Assembly: GCF_902459465.1 (NCBI RefSeq)
Contig: NC_047073.1
Location: 7,316,001-7,380,000 of the forward strand
Length of the DNA: 64,000 nt
From: Asterias rubens
Lineage: Eukaryota
Direction of reading: 5' to 3'
The stretch's first letter is position 1, and every line of letters begins with the position of its first letter. Below, one piece after another: positions 1-13,645 of this stretch. Position numbers and translations under genes: made by a program. The notes beneath the pieces are model-generated. The model was given only the letters and a program-made list of their open reading frames with translations. It had not been told where the DNA came from and made no database searches.

Positions 1-1055
1 TCAGGCAAGAAGGTTGGAGGATAAAGTTAGAAAATATGGAGACCCCAAAAATGACAAGTGCTGATTTTTGCTGTTTCATTGTGGAGTATAAACAAAAGAT
101 ATAGAGAAGAAAAAAAGTTGGTCTTTAAAATCAGACAAGGGCACTCCTCCTGTCTATCAGTGAACCCAGTGAGATGGTTACTTAATTTGTCGACGCGTCA
201 GCTGCGAATATTGTCGCCTTGAAGTGGCGAAAACAAAGTCTAGGTATTAGAGGTACTACCCTTGAGTTAACATAGATAAGGCTCTTACTGAAAATCGTGA
301 TCGTACAGAGGCAACTAAGCTGGTACATGATAACTTTGGTCCACATTACAACTTTTGTAGACGATAGGTGGGTAGAGGGCGCCCTCAAATCATTATTTCA
401 TACAGGGTTCAGTCGTTTCATGTTTAAGGAGAATGGACGAGAAAGTGAAGAGTCTATTCTTTGACTTGAACTATTTCCCCAAGCATTGTACTTTGTCAAA
501 CGACGTTTGGTCACATCTATAACTATTTTGTAAGATGTATAATCATTTTATAGGCAACATTATCGAGTACAACGTTTCGATCAGTGTACATATATGGTCT
601 TACTAAAACAAAATAACTTGAACATGTTTTTGGAAATAAAAATAAATTAAAAAAAATCAGCTGTGTTTAACATAATTTTATCTTTCAAATTGGAAAAACC
701 GTCGTTTTTAATAAAACCACATTTGTTTGTAACGAATCTGCAGTGAAGTGTAGATTCGTAAACACACATATACACTTTCATCAATAGAGTGACGTCACAG
801 AAATAGTTTAAAACACAATAACCAAAGTTGCAAACTGAACAGCACAAATTGTAAGTCACACAAACACCCGTTTAGGGGAGATTGTGGCGAGAATAATTAG
901 CAAGACCACGTTTCTGCACCTTCCCTTAAGATTATGTGCACGACGATAATGACTTCAGGTATGGGGTCACGTAATACGATCCGAAGATATCAGACCTATT
1001 AATAGTCAAAAAGTTGTCATGTTATAAAGGTATAGGCAGTTGGGTGCGCCATTAA

Positions 1056-1421
1056 AGATGCTATGTCAGTTTTTGGCCGATTTGACCCAAAAAATTTGAT
1101 TTAAAATTCAATAGGTATTTTAATGGGGGTCGAGAAAGTTACAAGCTTTCATTTGAGCCATTGCTCGAAAAAGTCTGCCAATTATTAGTAGCAGTGAAAT
1201 AAAGTGCTCAAAATTAGTTTTTGTCGGGATCCCGACAATATATCACGGGACCAATTCTTATGTGTTTTATAAGAAACGTTTTAAATTTGTGTCATGGTTC
1301 CTAACCATTAAAAGTAAAAGTTGAACTTTTTTCGTTAGAGCGGGTGACACTCTTTGAAATACCATTCACTCAAAAAAATCTATTTTTTAATGTTTGGGGC
1401 CAAAAATCTGACATAGCATCT
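1056..1421. mobile_element. Kolobok-type non-autonomous DNA transposon (MITE)
   Basis: TIR AGATGCTATGTCAG(A)TTTTTGGCC at both ends; TTAA TSD at 1052 and 1422. Confidence 0.85.
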
Positions 1422-2577
1422 TTAAAAAAACCTTCACCGTCTATCCAAGCAGCAGTTATAAATTATGATGTAACTAATTAGAAACAGGTGAGCAGAAAGT
1501 AAAATGGCTAGAGGCCTCATTGCATTAGGAAGTTTGTCCCAAAAGAGTGCTCTCACTGAACTCAATGAAGAGCTATCATTGGCTGTCGAGAGTTGCGCCT
1601 GGCGCGTACACGCGTGTACGGACGGTTTCATGTTTTATGCAAGGGGTCTGTTTTCTGTGGGATCTAAAGGTTAAATGGTTTTGACATGGGACTTAGAAAA
1701 TGTAGGTGTCAGTAGAGTTACCAGGTGATTTTCCATTGATTACAGCCCTGAACATGCACAGTCATTACCGAGGACAATGGATTTACCTAGTAAGTCTGCT
1801 GCCACCAAGCGTCCCATAAGTTCCCCATTGTATGACGGTCCGGGTAGGTCAATTTAGGGTGGGTTGATGTGTGTGTGTGTGTGTGTGTGGGGGGGGGGGG
1901 CTAGATTGACGAGGTTTGGGGGTTCCAACCACATCCACATCAACTGGTGTTAGTTCCGTTTTCGGAGCTAAAAGGAGAAGTTTTTTTACCACAAAATTGT
2001 TTTTTCCTGCTACTATCCACCAATCGTTCCCTTTGCAACGGCTTATTTTCCCTCAAAAGCAATTCTCATTTTTATACACTTAAAGTTTGTCAGGTGCGGG
2101 AGCTCTGTGGTTTAAGCGGGAAGTTTAAGGATTAATCTGCTTTTCTTTCAGTCTCTAAAAGCTCAGCTCTCATTTGAACCCCACCTTCACCCCACCCACC
2201 CCTTGTCAACAACAAGTAAATATAGCATTAGGGTAACCTATGCAGTTCTTACAACAGAGTTCGCCGTCTCAGATATGGATACGTTAGCAATCATTAACTT
2301 AAAATCTAATATATTTTTATTGAGAAGTTGCAATAATATTACATAAAATAGGACTCCGTGAAAGAAGTAATGTCTTATGTGTGAATAATTCTTTACAGGT
2401 TAGCATTCAATTGTTCGCAAAATCTTCATGCTATGTATAGCCCTTCGGGTTGCAGAATAATTTTGTATAAATCTAGAGTGTGGAAACGGTAATGGTTTTC
2501 GACACGTTCTTATGCCCTGTCTAAGGACTATAGAATACACTCTAAGTACAATACCCAAGGAATGTATCTGCCTTTAA

Positions 2578-2960
2578 GACACTGGACACTATTGGTAATT
2601 GTCAAAGACTAGCCTTCACATGTTGGTGTATCTCAACATTATGCATAAAATAAAAAACCTGTGAAAAATTGAGCTCAATTGGTCGTCGAAGTTGCGAGAT
2701 AATAATGAAAGAAAACAACACCCTTGTCACATGAAGTTATGTGCGTTTAGATGGTTGATTTCGAGACCTCAAATTCTAAATTTGAGGTCTCGAAATCAAA
2801 TTCAGCGAAAATTACCTGTCTCGAAAACTATGTCACTCAAGAGGGAGCCGTTTCTCACAATGTTTTATACCATCAACCTCTCCCCATTACTCGTTACCAA
2901 GTAAGGTTTTATGCTAATAATTATTTTAATTTAGTAATTACCAATAGTGTCCACCGCCTA
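2578..2960 (+). mobile_element. Kolobok-type MITE family A, long-hairpin subtype
   Basis: Ends GACACTGGACACTATTGGTAATT / AATTACCAATAGTGTCCA; TTAA at 2574; internal GATTTCGAGACCTC..GAGGTCTCGAAATC hairpin; many homologues in the window. Confidence 0.85.
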
Positions 2961-4183
2961 AGTTGTCATTTGTACCATTCAAGAGGCATTTTTTCTATTA
3001 TAGAATTGCCACCCTTAAAGGAGTTCCTGGTTTCCTTTTAAGGATTCCCTTTTGAATCGATTTAGAAGGGGAAAAATGTCCCCATTGAAAACACCACGAC
3101 AGTGGCAGTTTTGATGTAAAGAACAAAAAAATTGCATCCAGGAGCGGGGCCTATGCTTAAAGGATATTTTACTGGATGAGAACTAAAGTTTGACACTGTC
3201 TGCAGGAGAAAGAAAGGCTAAATTGATGCAGGAAGCGCCAGTCGCGCCGATTACTCAACCAGCCCAGACCGCGTGATCGTCTACAGATCCCAGGCCAATT
3301 TTGGCCCCCTTTTCCCCCCAGCTTGGATAAAATGGTTCTGGGGGATCAGTAACAAGGAGACTGCTATTGCTTTAAATTCGACAGGGAATTGGATGTGTTT
3401 GGATGGGATCTAGGCGGATAAGGTTCAATATTGACTGAAAATTAAACACCGATTTGATATGATGACACATGTTAACGATCTTGTGGCAGGTACGGTCTCG
3501 AGTCGGTGGGCGACATGAAGGTTTTTTTTTCTTTACAAGATTTTGAAGGTCTGCGGGCATGCAACCGTGTTTCGCATAAAGGAAAACTCAGGTTTATATT
3601 CTATTCAACGATTGTATCAAAAATGTTCTTAATAAAGGTTATGCAAGGCAATAGTATTAAAAAAAACAAAATAATAATAATAACTGTTCATTCATTATTT
3701 GTTTTCTTTCTTTTTTGAACCCGCAGTTTTTGTTTACATTCTTTCCCAGTCAGTTTCCCTTGTGGTCTATTCCCTTTGTGTTCGCAATGTTCTGTTCTAT
3801 TCATCAATGGTATATTATAAAATTTGGAAGCATGATAATACCCAATACATTATGCACTCGTGTTCCAACTTTCTCTGCAAAAGGTAAACATTTTCCTTTT
3901 ACAACCAGCAGTGAGGTTGATCTACGACCGACTGCATCTCTAAATGATCAATTACACAAAGCAATTCTTCGGTGATACTTTATCACAGTTGATCTTATTC
4001 ACCTGCGCTAAGTGCGATAAGATAGACAAGGTATGATTCATAAAAGATTGAAGATAATGAAGTACACGGGCAGTGGCGTCCCCAGATAGCATCGGATAGG
4101 ACAAGTCTACCCCACACTGATCAATAAAAAGCCTTCAAATTTGAAACCATACTCTACTAAAAGTCTGCCTGTGGATGATTTAA

Positions 4184-4478
4184 AGGCACTGGACACTATT
4201 GGTAATTACTCAAAATAATTGTTAGCATAAAAACTTACTTGGTAACAAGTAATGGAGGGCTGTTGATAGAATAAAACATTGTTAGAAACGGCTCCCTGAA
4301 GTAACTTAGTTTTTGAAAAAGATGTAATTTCTTAGTCAAACTAATAATTTAAAAGGCTTCAGCTGGAGCCCTTTTTTTTATTATGCATCTGAAAGCACAC
4401 ACAATAATGTAACAAGTGGTTTTTCTTTCTTTCAGTATTTTACTGGTCTTTGACAAGTACACACCGAGTCAAGTGCCT
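4184..4478 (-). mobile_element. Kolobok-type MITE family A, short-palindrome subtype
   Basis: AGGCACTGGACAC..AGTGCCT ends; TTAA at 4180 and 4479. Confidence 0.8.
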
Positions 4479-5291
4479 TTAACACTCAAAGTGCAAACTC
4501 AAAAGCATTACTGTAGGGGTTCCATCAGTGATAGGGCCCCCGTTTGTCACTACAAATAATTTGTACAATAGAGTATATCAGCTCACATCAGGTGACTTGA
4601 AATGAATATGAAACTTCCTGTGACGATGTACATGAAGTAACATGTATCTTATACTAGGGCTGAATCTGAATTATTTGATCACTCTGTCTGCATATTGTCA
4701 TTCATCCTATCAATTTGTCTCATGAACACAATGAAAGGGAAGAGGTTAATTGTCCACCAGTTGATGCTTGTATATTTCACTTTGTGTCTAAGATTTGGTT
4801 TGTGTACAATCTTATCCCAAAGGCTAATGTTAATACAAAATGATGCATTTACTCAACACTTACTGATGTTCTAAAATGGACGAGCAATTTGGGTTGCATG
4901 CATACTTTCTTCAGGATAATAAGAAACAATGTGTTTGTTCTTAATTGAACCACAATTAAATCAGTGATCCCATCGCTTTGGGATATTTTGGTGGGTTTTT
5001 TTTTTGACAAAGGGGCCCTGCTGTACTACTGTAACCCTGAAGAACACTGTGAAGAGAAGATGACGAAGATATGCCAGTTTTAGATGTGAGAGGAAAACCC
5101 AATGGGGAAAGAAAACACACAACCATGGTACAGAGATAAACTACTCCACTTGAACGACACAGTCGTGGGATCGAATATGAACCACGGAGGTGAAGTATGT
5201 GACTCGAACTGGAGTCACTTTGGGTGGGATTCGATCCGGAGATACTATAATGCGAAGTCTACACGATTCGAACCGGAGTCACTGAGGCACC

Positions 5292-5519
5292 TAGTCTAGG
5301 TTCCTAGACCATTGGTGTTCCGATTATGCACGGCAAAAACTGTACACGCTTGTAATGAACGAACGCTAGCGGGCGCTCTGTTTCTCTGATTTCCGGATCT
5401 CAGAAACAGAGCGCCCGCTAGCGTTCGTTCATTACAAGCGTGTACAGTTTTTGCCGTGCATAATCGGAACGTTGGTTGTGTGTGACCACGCAACACCAAT
5501 GGTCTAGGAACCTAGACTA
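5292..5519. mobile_element. Foldback hairpin MITE with 9-bp TSD (MULE-like)
   Basis: Ends TAGTCTAGGTTCC / GGAACCTAGACTA; arms of about 95 bp; direct repeat TGAGGCACC at 5283-5291 and 5520-5528. Confidence 0.85.
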
Positions 5520-5728
5520 TGAGGCACCATGATAAGGACCTGAACATGATTTCAATAACTATAGTGAAATAGCTTCTTAGTTTAAAACCAAACACCATTT
5601 TTAATATCAGGCATCGGATTACTCCACTTGGAAATTAATAAGCACACAATTACTCCCCTAATAATGTGAACAATTAAAAACACCAAAGTCTACGTTGTGC
5701 GGGACTTTCATTCTCATGCAGAGACTAA

Positions 5729-5857
5729 GGCCGTGTCCGAAACGGCGACTTCGGCTACAGCTACGGCTAGATCGCGCGCGTCTGCCTATTCTTCAACACT
5801 GGTAGACGCGATGATCTAGACGTAGCTGTAGCCGAAGTCGTCGTTTCGGACACGGCC
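5729..5857. mobile_element. Tourist-like PIF/Harbinger MITE (129 bp, nearly fully palindromic)
   Basis: TIR GGCCGTGTCCGAAAC; TAA TSD at 5726 and 5858. Confidence 0.85.
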
Positions 5858-6421
5858 TAATAATCTAGACATCCTACCACTTCATGTTTTGCGTAGAGGC
5901 TCATTTAGCCGGGTCAAAGCAAAGGTGCGTTGGAAAGTCAAACTTATTTTTAAATTCAATTATAAAACAACACAAGTCATTTTGTGAAACGTTCCTTGTT
6001 CAAGTCCATCTTTAAGTTTGTACAGAACGATTATGGCAAACTGCCTGTTTTATATTCGAGATAACGAAGCTGTCTACTAAAGCCATGTCTAGAAGATGTC
6101 TGGGATCCATCTCAGGGTACAGTTAAGGTGATCCAGGTAAACCCACGGCATCTTCCCAAGTCAGGAAGGAAGCAGTCTATGTCTGTGTATCTCCATCGTG
6201 TTATACGTGGGGGTGGCACGGGGGTAAAGTAGGCCAGGGACGTGGGGGGCATTTGGACTCAAATAGCCCCCTTGAGTTTCTGGATATCGTCTGCAAGGCG
6301 ACTTCTCAGCCATCAGCTAAGAGTTTTTACAAAGAAATATTTTGAATGATCAAAATCAACTTCCAGCATTTGAAATGTTCACTGGTTGTCGTCGATACTG
6401 TTGTATTGGGAAACCACTTAA

Positions 6422-6840
6422 AGGGTATGTACTTTTTCCTAACAAAAAACACAATGTCCACAGATTTACATTAAATTTACATAGTTTGAAGATTATGATA
6501 GTAGAAAGCTTCCCTTGAAATTTTACTTACTGAGGTGTTGTAGTTTTTGAGAAATGAGTAAAAGTAATTATTTTCGTCTCAGTTTTAGCATGTAAAAACA
6601 GATTAACCAGTTATGCTATGGTTTTGGTATAATATCATAACTGGTTAAGGTGATTTTACATGCTTAAATAGTTTTGGTCTCATGAGACCAACATTATTTT
6701 GTGACTTGTTTGACTCATTTCTCAAAAACTACACAATCTTAGTTAGTAACATTTGAAGGGAAGCTTTCCACTATCATTATCTTCAAACCCTGTAAGTTTA
6801 ATGTAAATCTGTGGACATTTTGAAAAAGTACCCACATCCT
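6422..6840. mobile_element. Kolobok-type MITE with long imperfect inverted arms
   Basis: TTAA at 6418 and 6841; AGG..CCT termini; arms GTCCACAGATTTACATTAAA / TTTAATGTAAATCTGTGGAC. Confidence 0.8.
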
Positions 6841-8524
6841 TTAATCGATGTTAGGCCTTCTAAAACTACTTTCAGAGTAATTTAAAACCACTTTTGTTTC
6901 TCTTTTGCATATCAGTTTCGAGTTGTTATTAACATATTTTAATACTTTTCCTTAAGCATTCTTCAAGAAAGATTATGACGACTGAAAAGACCAACTGTAG
7001 GTGATACCGGTATGCTCATTTGATGTCATGACGTTTGAACGTCATCGACTTCCTGTTGTAGCATTATAGCGCCCTCATTTGTTAAACTTTAAAAAGTGCG
7101 TTTGAAAGTTAAATACTTTGAGGTCCCCTTACTTAAAAAAAAAAAAAAATGCAGTGACGCCAAGAAAGTGTCGTAGATTGACGTCAACTAAGAACGCAGA
7201 CTGTGCCAGACCATGCAACGAAATTGTTGACATCCAAATAGTTTGAGAAAGACTACATAGCCGGGACCTGTGTGTTACAATACAACAAAAAGAAATCATC
7301 ACCCATCCACGGAAGAAAAAGGGGGAAAAAAAAAACATTTTCTATTGAAACTTGTCTTAGCTAGTATTTAAAAGCAATGCACACAAAGCAAGGTCCAAGT
7401 GATCAACACAGTTTGTTATTAATTAGTAAACTATGTTGTCCATTATATTTTCTTACAGAAACACCGTCTCAACAAGTGGCTTCTCAGATTGACAGCAAGA
7501 ACGCAACAGGATTGTCGGAGTATTCTCACAACTGACTTTTAAAGAGTTCAAGACCGGCCGTTTGCGACAAGGTCAAAAGTCTCCATTAAAAAGGGCTCTT
7601 GTTGACATAATCATCCACCAAGAACAACAGATTGTAACAGGCCAGCGGCAAAGAGCGCCAATGACGTACGTTCTTCGTCACAAGAAGCAGGCTTGGAAGT
7701 ACTCCAGATCTCTTTGCTTTAAGGGCTGTAACAAGATGCCGAATGAAAACAGAATTCTCACCGGTCTCTTCATTTATCTCCTTCTTGCCTTGCGTTCAGG
7801 AATCTCTAACAGGAACACAGAGGCAGGGTTTGATAGGACTACAGCTGTTTAATGAGTCAATTAGGGCCTCAAGAACTTTCTTAAAGGTTATTTTTGTTTG
7901 AGAGAAGACGAAGAGTCCCAGGCAGTGTTTGGACTTTTAAGCCCACCTGAAAATTAACACGCCACTTGGCTATTAATGGGGCTAATTGTTTCAGGAAAGC
8001 CCGACGTCGATTTTCTTATGACAATTAACGCTGTATTATTTTAAACATACAAACATCATAGATAATAATGTAGCATTAATAACTTGTGACATTTAGGATT
8101 GTCGTCCCCAGGGGTTTAATTTATAAAAGAAGTGTGCCTTAGTTGCTCGATCCCTGGAAACAGGGTTAAATGCTGTAAACATGTGAGCAATGTTTCCCAC
8201 CTCGTCATCTCACTGTACGCTTGTATGTTTTTCCCGCAGCTACTAAAAAAGGGCCTTACAAAAAAAAGAATTGAAAGGCATTGCATACTTTTTTTTTTTT
8301 TTTTTTAACGGTTTGATTGTTTTTAATCCTATATAAATTTAATTGTATACAGAAAATAATAACCTGGGAAAATCCAAAAGGTGGTCGCGTCTTCGAGATA
8401 TCGCCGAAACTCCGGAGCGAATTATGTTCACACAAGAAGACAAAACCCTGAGAAGGGTATTCCAATTAGTGAAATTTTCTCAAAACGCATTCAGTATCCC
8501 AAGCTGCTATGGTGTACTTTTTTT

Positions 8525-8700
8525 ATCACGTTATGTTGTATTGCCATTAATCACGTTATGTTGTATTGCCATTAATCACGTTATGTTGTATTGCCATTAA
8601 TCACGTTATGTTGTATTGCCATTAATCACGTTATGTTGTATTGCCATTAATCACGTTATGTTGTATTGCCATTAATCACGTTATGTTGTATTGCCATTAA
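8525..8700. repeat. Minisatellite, 25-bp unit ATCACGTTATGTTGTATTGCCATTA, 7 copies
   Basis: Exact tandem repetition read directly. Confidence 0.95.
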
Positions 8701-9047
8701 TTTTCAGAGACATCAGACCCTTTTAATTAAACATTTAAGTGTTATTATTAAAAGATGTGCCAAGCAATTACTTTAAATGGACAAAGAACCAACACTATCT
8801 GTAGTGAAAGTGGGAGGCTGAAATCAAAACCACATTCTGTCACGTACATTGCGAATCAAACTACAACTTCACGATTGGAAAACTATTTTTGCGAAAGTAC
8901 AAGTCAACATTATACCCATGCCCGGGGCAACATTCTGGGGTAAATAGCCTCTTTGAGGTGTTTAGCGTGGGATTATCACATGCCACACGCTTAAATCATT
9001 AAAACATTTTAAAAAAAATAGGGTTATCAACACATCATCAGTGTTAA

Positions 9048-9575
9048 AGGCACTGGACACTATTGGTAAATAGTTAAAGTAAAAACATACTTGGTAATGA
9101 GCAATGGAGAGCTGTTGATAGTGTAAAACAGTGTGAGAAACGGCTCCTCTGAAGGTTAATCGTAGTTTGCAAGAAAGAGGTAATTTCTCACTCAAATAAT
9201 ACAAGACTTCAGGCCTAAAGCCTTTTAATAGGCTTCTGAAAACACTTAAGTGCAACAATGAATTTTGTCTTGCATTCTTCTCTTGCAACTTCGATGACCA
9301 ATTGAGTCAAAATGTTCACAGAATTGTTGTGGTATGCATACTATGTTGGGATGCACAAAGAGAGAATACTGGTCTTGGACATTTATCAAAGGTGTCCAGC
9401 CGTCGATTTCACCAAACTCTTCCTAACTTAGGATTAATCTCAGGACTTAGGATGAGTTGAGTCCCGCATCCAAATACGTAGGAAGCATTGAACCCATCCT
9501 AAGTTAGGACGGGTTACTCGTCCTAACTCGAGTTAGGATTAATCCTAGAGTTTCGTGAAATCGGCTGCAGTGCCT
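9048..9575 (-). mobile_element. Kolobok-type MITE family A carrying a nested MITE in its right TIR
   Basis: TTAA at 9044 and 9576; right TIR GGTGTCCAG|TGCCT split by the insertion. Confidence 0.8.
9400..9567. mobile_element. Harbinger-like MITE (CCGTCGATTTCAC family), CWG TSD
   Basis: TIR CCGTCGATTTCACCAAACTC / GAGTTTCGTGAAATCGGCTG; CAG at 9397 and 9568. Confidence 0.8.
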
Positions 9576-10264
9576 TTAACTCGTCAAAAATGGGGGTGTA
9601 AAAAAAACATCCATATTCCAATGCGATAGGGGAATACCAGTATTAAATCGTGCTTTGGGTCAACCTGTTTTACGTGGGGATAGGTGAATGGGGTATTATG
9701 CCAACCAACCACCGTGAACGGAGCAATTACAAGCTTGTTGACGACGGCTGATTTGAGACACCTTGTGTGTCGAGGGGATACCTGAGACTAGAAATGCAGG
9801 ATCGGTTAGGATCGGCTTCGCCTTTTGTCTTATGACGATGTAGACAGAATCATTGGGGAGAGGTGTGTGGAGTTGAAACAGATGGTTAAACTGCGACAAG
9901 TTGGAAATAAGTTTAAAAATAGCAAATGAGGCATTTGTGTGTGAGGACCTTTTTTTAGAGTTAAATGACCTGACTGTACTGGTAGGCCAATAAAAGGTAC
10001 AAGACACAGTCGTTGCTTTATAGTCAACACTTTTAAACAATACATGGTTTAGCTTTTGAGGTGATGTCCACTTGTATTCCTTGCAACACCGTACCGCCAC
10101 ACTGCTCAAACTGTGGTGTTATTTGACACCATGGTGAAATGAATGGCATTTTACATGAGGAGGGCTACTACACTGGATGAAGACAGCCTACATATTTTTT
10201 TTAATGATTAATGATGATGAAGTAACTCACCATGTACTCCCAGTTTATTATTAACATACCTTAA

Positions 10265-10637
10265 AGGCAGTGGACACTATTGTTAATTGTCAAAGACTAA
10301 CCTTCCAGTTGGTGTATCTCAATATATGCACACAATAACAAACCTGTGAAAATTTGAGCTCAATATTGGTCGTCAAAGTTGCGAGATAATAATGAAAGAA
10401 AAAAACACTCTTGTCACACGAAGTTGTGTGCTATCAGATGCTTCATTTTGGGACCCTCAAATCTAATTCTGATGTCTCGAAATCAAATTCGTGGAAAATT
10501 ACTTCTCGCTCGAAAACAACACTACTCAGAGGGAGCCGTTTCCCACAATGACTATCAAACTCTCCCCATTACTCGTTACCAAGTAAGGTTTTATGCTAAT
10601 AATTATTTTGAGTAATTGCCAATAGTGTCCACTGCCT
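10265..10637 (+). mobile_element. Kolobok-type MITE family A
   Basis: AGGCAGTGGACACTATTG TIRs; TTAA at 10261 and 10638. Confidence 0.85.
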
Positions 10638-10924
10638 TTAATAATAACATTCTTAAAAAAAAATACACTGATTGATAAATCCCCTGATGAGAAAGGGATT
10701 GGTTGCAATAACCAGGCCTACACCTTCCTCAGCACGACGATTTTGCTTTCCAGGTAAATCTTTGCCAAGTATAGTAGGCCCAAAGGTTGGAATTCAACAT
10801 GGATGCCGACTTGACCCCATTTCAAGCCTTTGCTTTTTTTTCTTGTATCGACACACTTTTCTTGACGCTAATTCTCGGAACTTTAGTATTCAGTCATGAC
10901 TCTAACATTCCGATGTACTTATAG

Positions 10925-11221
10925 AGGCATTGGACACGTTTGGTAATTGTCAAAGACCAGAATTCTTACTTGGTGTATCCAAACATATGCATAAAAATCC
11001 AAATCTTCTTGCACTAATGCGTGTGCTTTCAGATGCCCTTAAAAAAAGGCCTGAAGTATTTTTTAATAGTTGAGTAAGAAATAACCTCTTTCTCAAAAAC
11101 GTTTCAGAGGTAGCCGTTTCTTACAATGTTTTATACTATCATCAGCTCTCCATTGCTCGTTACCGAGTAAGTTTTTATGCTGAACAGTTATTTTAGTAAT
11201 TACCAACAGTGTCCAGTGCCT
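10925..11221 (+). mobile_element. Kolobok-type MITE family A (internally deleted)
   Basis: AGGCATTGGACAC..GTGTCCAGTGCCT; TTAA at 11222. Confidence 0.75.
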
Positions 11222-12562
11222 TTAAAACAAAAGCTGCTCAACCTCACAAATAATTTAAAGGGAAAAAAACAAAGCTTTTCTAAAATACCAGACCACCTAA
11301 TAACAAATTCTGTTTCTTTTCAAAGTTGAAAGCCCCGGGGTGCACTATTAACGCAGCCAAATAGCAGACGGTAGTACAATATGATCTAGCTTCCCCGAGG
11401 TGTGCAAACACGAAACTAGTCTCTCAAAAAATCATTATCAACCACTTCAGCATTTAGTGAATTCCAATAACAGCGGGTATATAAAATTAAAAGTTTCGTT
11501 TTACTCTGACCACATTTTAAAGGTTTTTTTGTTTTAATATTTTCCTTGCCAGTGTACAACAATGCAATGTGTCCCTTAGATTAGATTATATTTGTGTTAA
11601 GTATCATTCTTTTTGGTTAAGTGCTGGTTGATTGTTTTTTTTTTTAATACTTGCTCATTACCTTATTACCTGTGACATGTTAGAAAAGCTGTTGTCTACT
11701 TTTTAAGAAATTTTTATATTGTACATGTTCTAGTTCAATTCAACCCATCGGTTTTCATACTTTTTAATTCCTTTTTAAAGTTTTTTTGTTTATTGAAGTA
11801 AACCAATAAATAATAATGTGAATTTTTTGAGATTTCAAAATTCTTTATTTGGGTCCATGTGTCGTACTCAGATCCAAATAAGGTACTTCTTTGAAGCTAA
11901 ATATCCTCAATCCATCCCCCAGATAGATACATTTTTCTGGGAAATCTACCGATCTTATTTTAATATGCTAACTTAACCAACCAACCAACTCATGGTGATT
12001 TTACAATTTGTCTATGTTGATAACTTACAATAATAACAAACATGTTCCATCATATCTGATTTTAGAAATAACCTTTTCCATCTGAAAATGCCTTAATATG
12101 GAGACTATAACACCTGTTTTTATAGGTTTTAGTGTACAATCATGGGTCACCAAAGAACTAGTCTACTCCATTGACGTCATCCGCATGACCCAAATTCTAA
12201 ATTGGAATTCCTCATTTCAATTGGCACATTCACGTCACATCACCTGGAACGACCTTGCCGTATTTAAGTGTTGGATTTCATAGTGGATTTAAAGAGCTGT
12301 TCTGATTTGGGGGGTTTATTGTCGGCCAAGTTATTTATAGCATTGTAAATCCTTCTGGAAGATAACAATGGTCTACCTCTCTCTAGGGTGAGTTCCCAGT
12401 TCACGATTGGATTTTCAGGTGTGTTTTTTCATAGCGTGATGATTTTCTGACGTGATTTTTCTCAGAGTTATAAACAGACAAGTAGCGCGATCACTGCGTG
12501 CAACGGTGCAACGGGCTCATGTCATTAGATGTTCGAGTATAAAATAATAGTGTAAAAAATGA

Positions 12563-13432
12563 AGTACCTCGACTGGGTGCAGCCTAAGGGGGTTGTCCCC
12601 CTGACCCCAGAGTACCTCGACTGGGTGTAGCGTTAGGGGGGTTGTCCCCCTGACCCCCAGAGTACCTCGGCTGGGTGGAGCTAAGGGGGTTGTCCCCCTC
12701 ACCCCAGAGTACCTCGACTGGGTGTAGCATAAGGGGGTTGTCCCCCTCACCCCAGAGTACCTCGACTGGGTGTAGCTTTAGGGGGGTTGTCCCCCTGACC
12801 CCCAGAGTACCTCGACTGGGTGCAGCCTAAGGGGTTGTCCCCCTTCACCCCCAGAGTAAACTCGACTGGGTGGAGCTAAGGGGGTTGTCCCCCTCACCCC
12901 AGAGTACCTCGACTGGGTGTAGCTTTAGGGGGGTTGTCCCCCTGACCCCAGAGTACCTCGACTGGGTGCAGCCTAAAGGGGTTGTCCCCCTGACCCCAGA
13001 GTACCTCGACTGGGTGTAGCTTTAGGGGGGTTGTCCCCCTGACCCCAGAGTACCTCGACTGGGTGCAGCCTAAGGGGTTGTCCCCCTTCACCCCCAGAGT
13101 ACCTCGACTGGGTGGAGCTTTAGGGGGTTGTCCCCCTGACCCCCCAGAGTACCTCGACTGGGTGGAGCTAAGGGGGTTGTCCCCCTGACACCAGAGTACC
13201 TCGACTGGGTGCAGCATAAGGGGGTTGTCCCCCTCACCCCAAAAGTACCTCGACTGGGTGTAGCTTTAGGGGGGTTGTCCCCCTCACCCAGAGTACCTCA
13301 ACTGGGTGCAGCTTTAGGGGGGTTGTCCCCCTCACCCAGAGTACCTCAACTGGGTGCAGTTTAGTGGGTTGTCCCCCTCACCCAGAGTACCTCGACTGGG
13401 TGTAGCTTTAGGGGGTTGTCCCCCTCACCCAG
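12563..13432. repeat. GC-rich minisatellite, 47-50 bp unit AGTACCTCGACTGGGTGNAGCNNAGGGGGTTGTCCCCCTSACCCCAG, about 18 copies
   Basis: Tandem units that vary only in G/C run length and a few positions. Confidence 0.95.
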
Positions 13433-13645
13433 CGATCGGGTGTGTCCAGGTGAGTCCCCGCCAGGGAAATGAGCTTGCATTCATTTGCGGATACAGTGAG
13501 AGGGAGGGACATCAACGTGTAGTCTCAACCTCTCAATGGGTTATCATCTATACCATCAGTTATTAACAAAGACATCACCATAAATTCTGACAATTTGTCG
13601 GGCGACCCTAAGACGAATACCCCTGTACCCCACACCCATAAACCT

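Noticed and set aside
7448-7852. Possible exon after the acceptor-like TTTTCTTACAG and the 96-aa ORF
   Set aside because: No matching donor or partner exons, and no protein similarity recognised
12517-13217. Repetitive ORFs of 77 and 107 aa
   Set aside because: Translations of the minisatellite
12563-13432. CRISPR-like array
   Set aside because: No unique spacers, units repeat end to end, the context is eukaryotic and there are no cas genes
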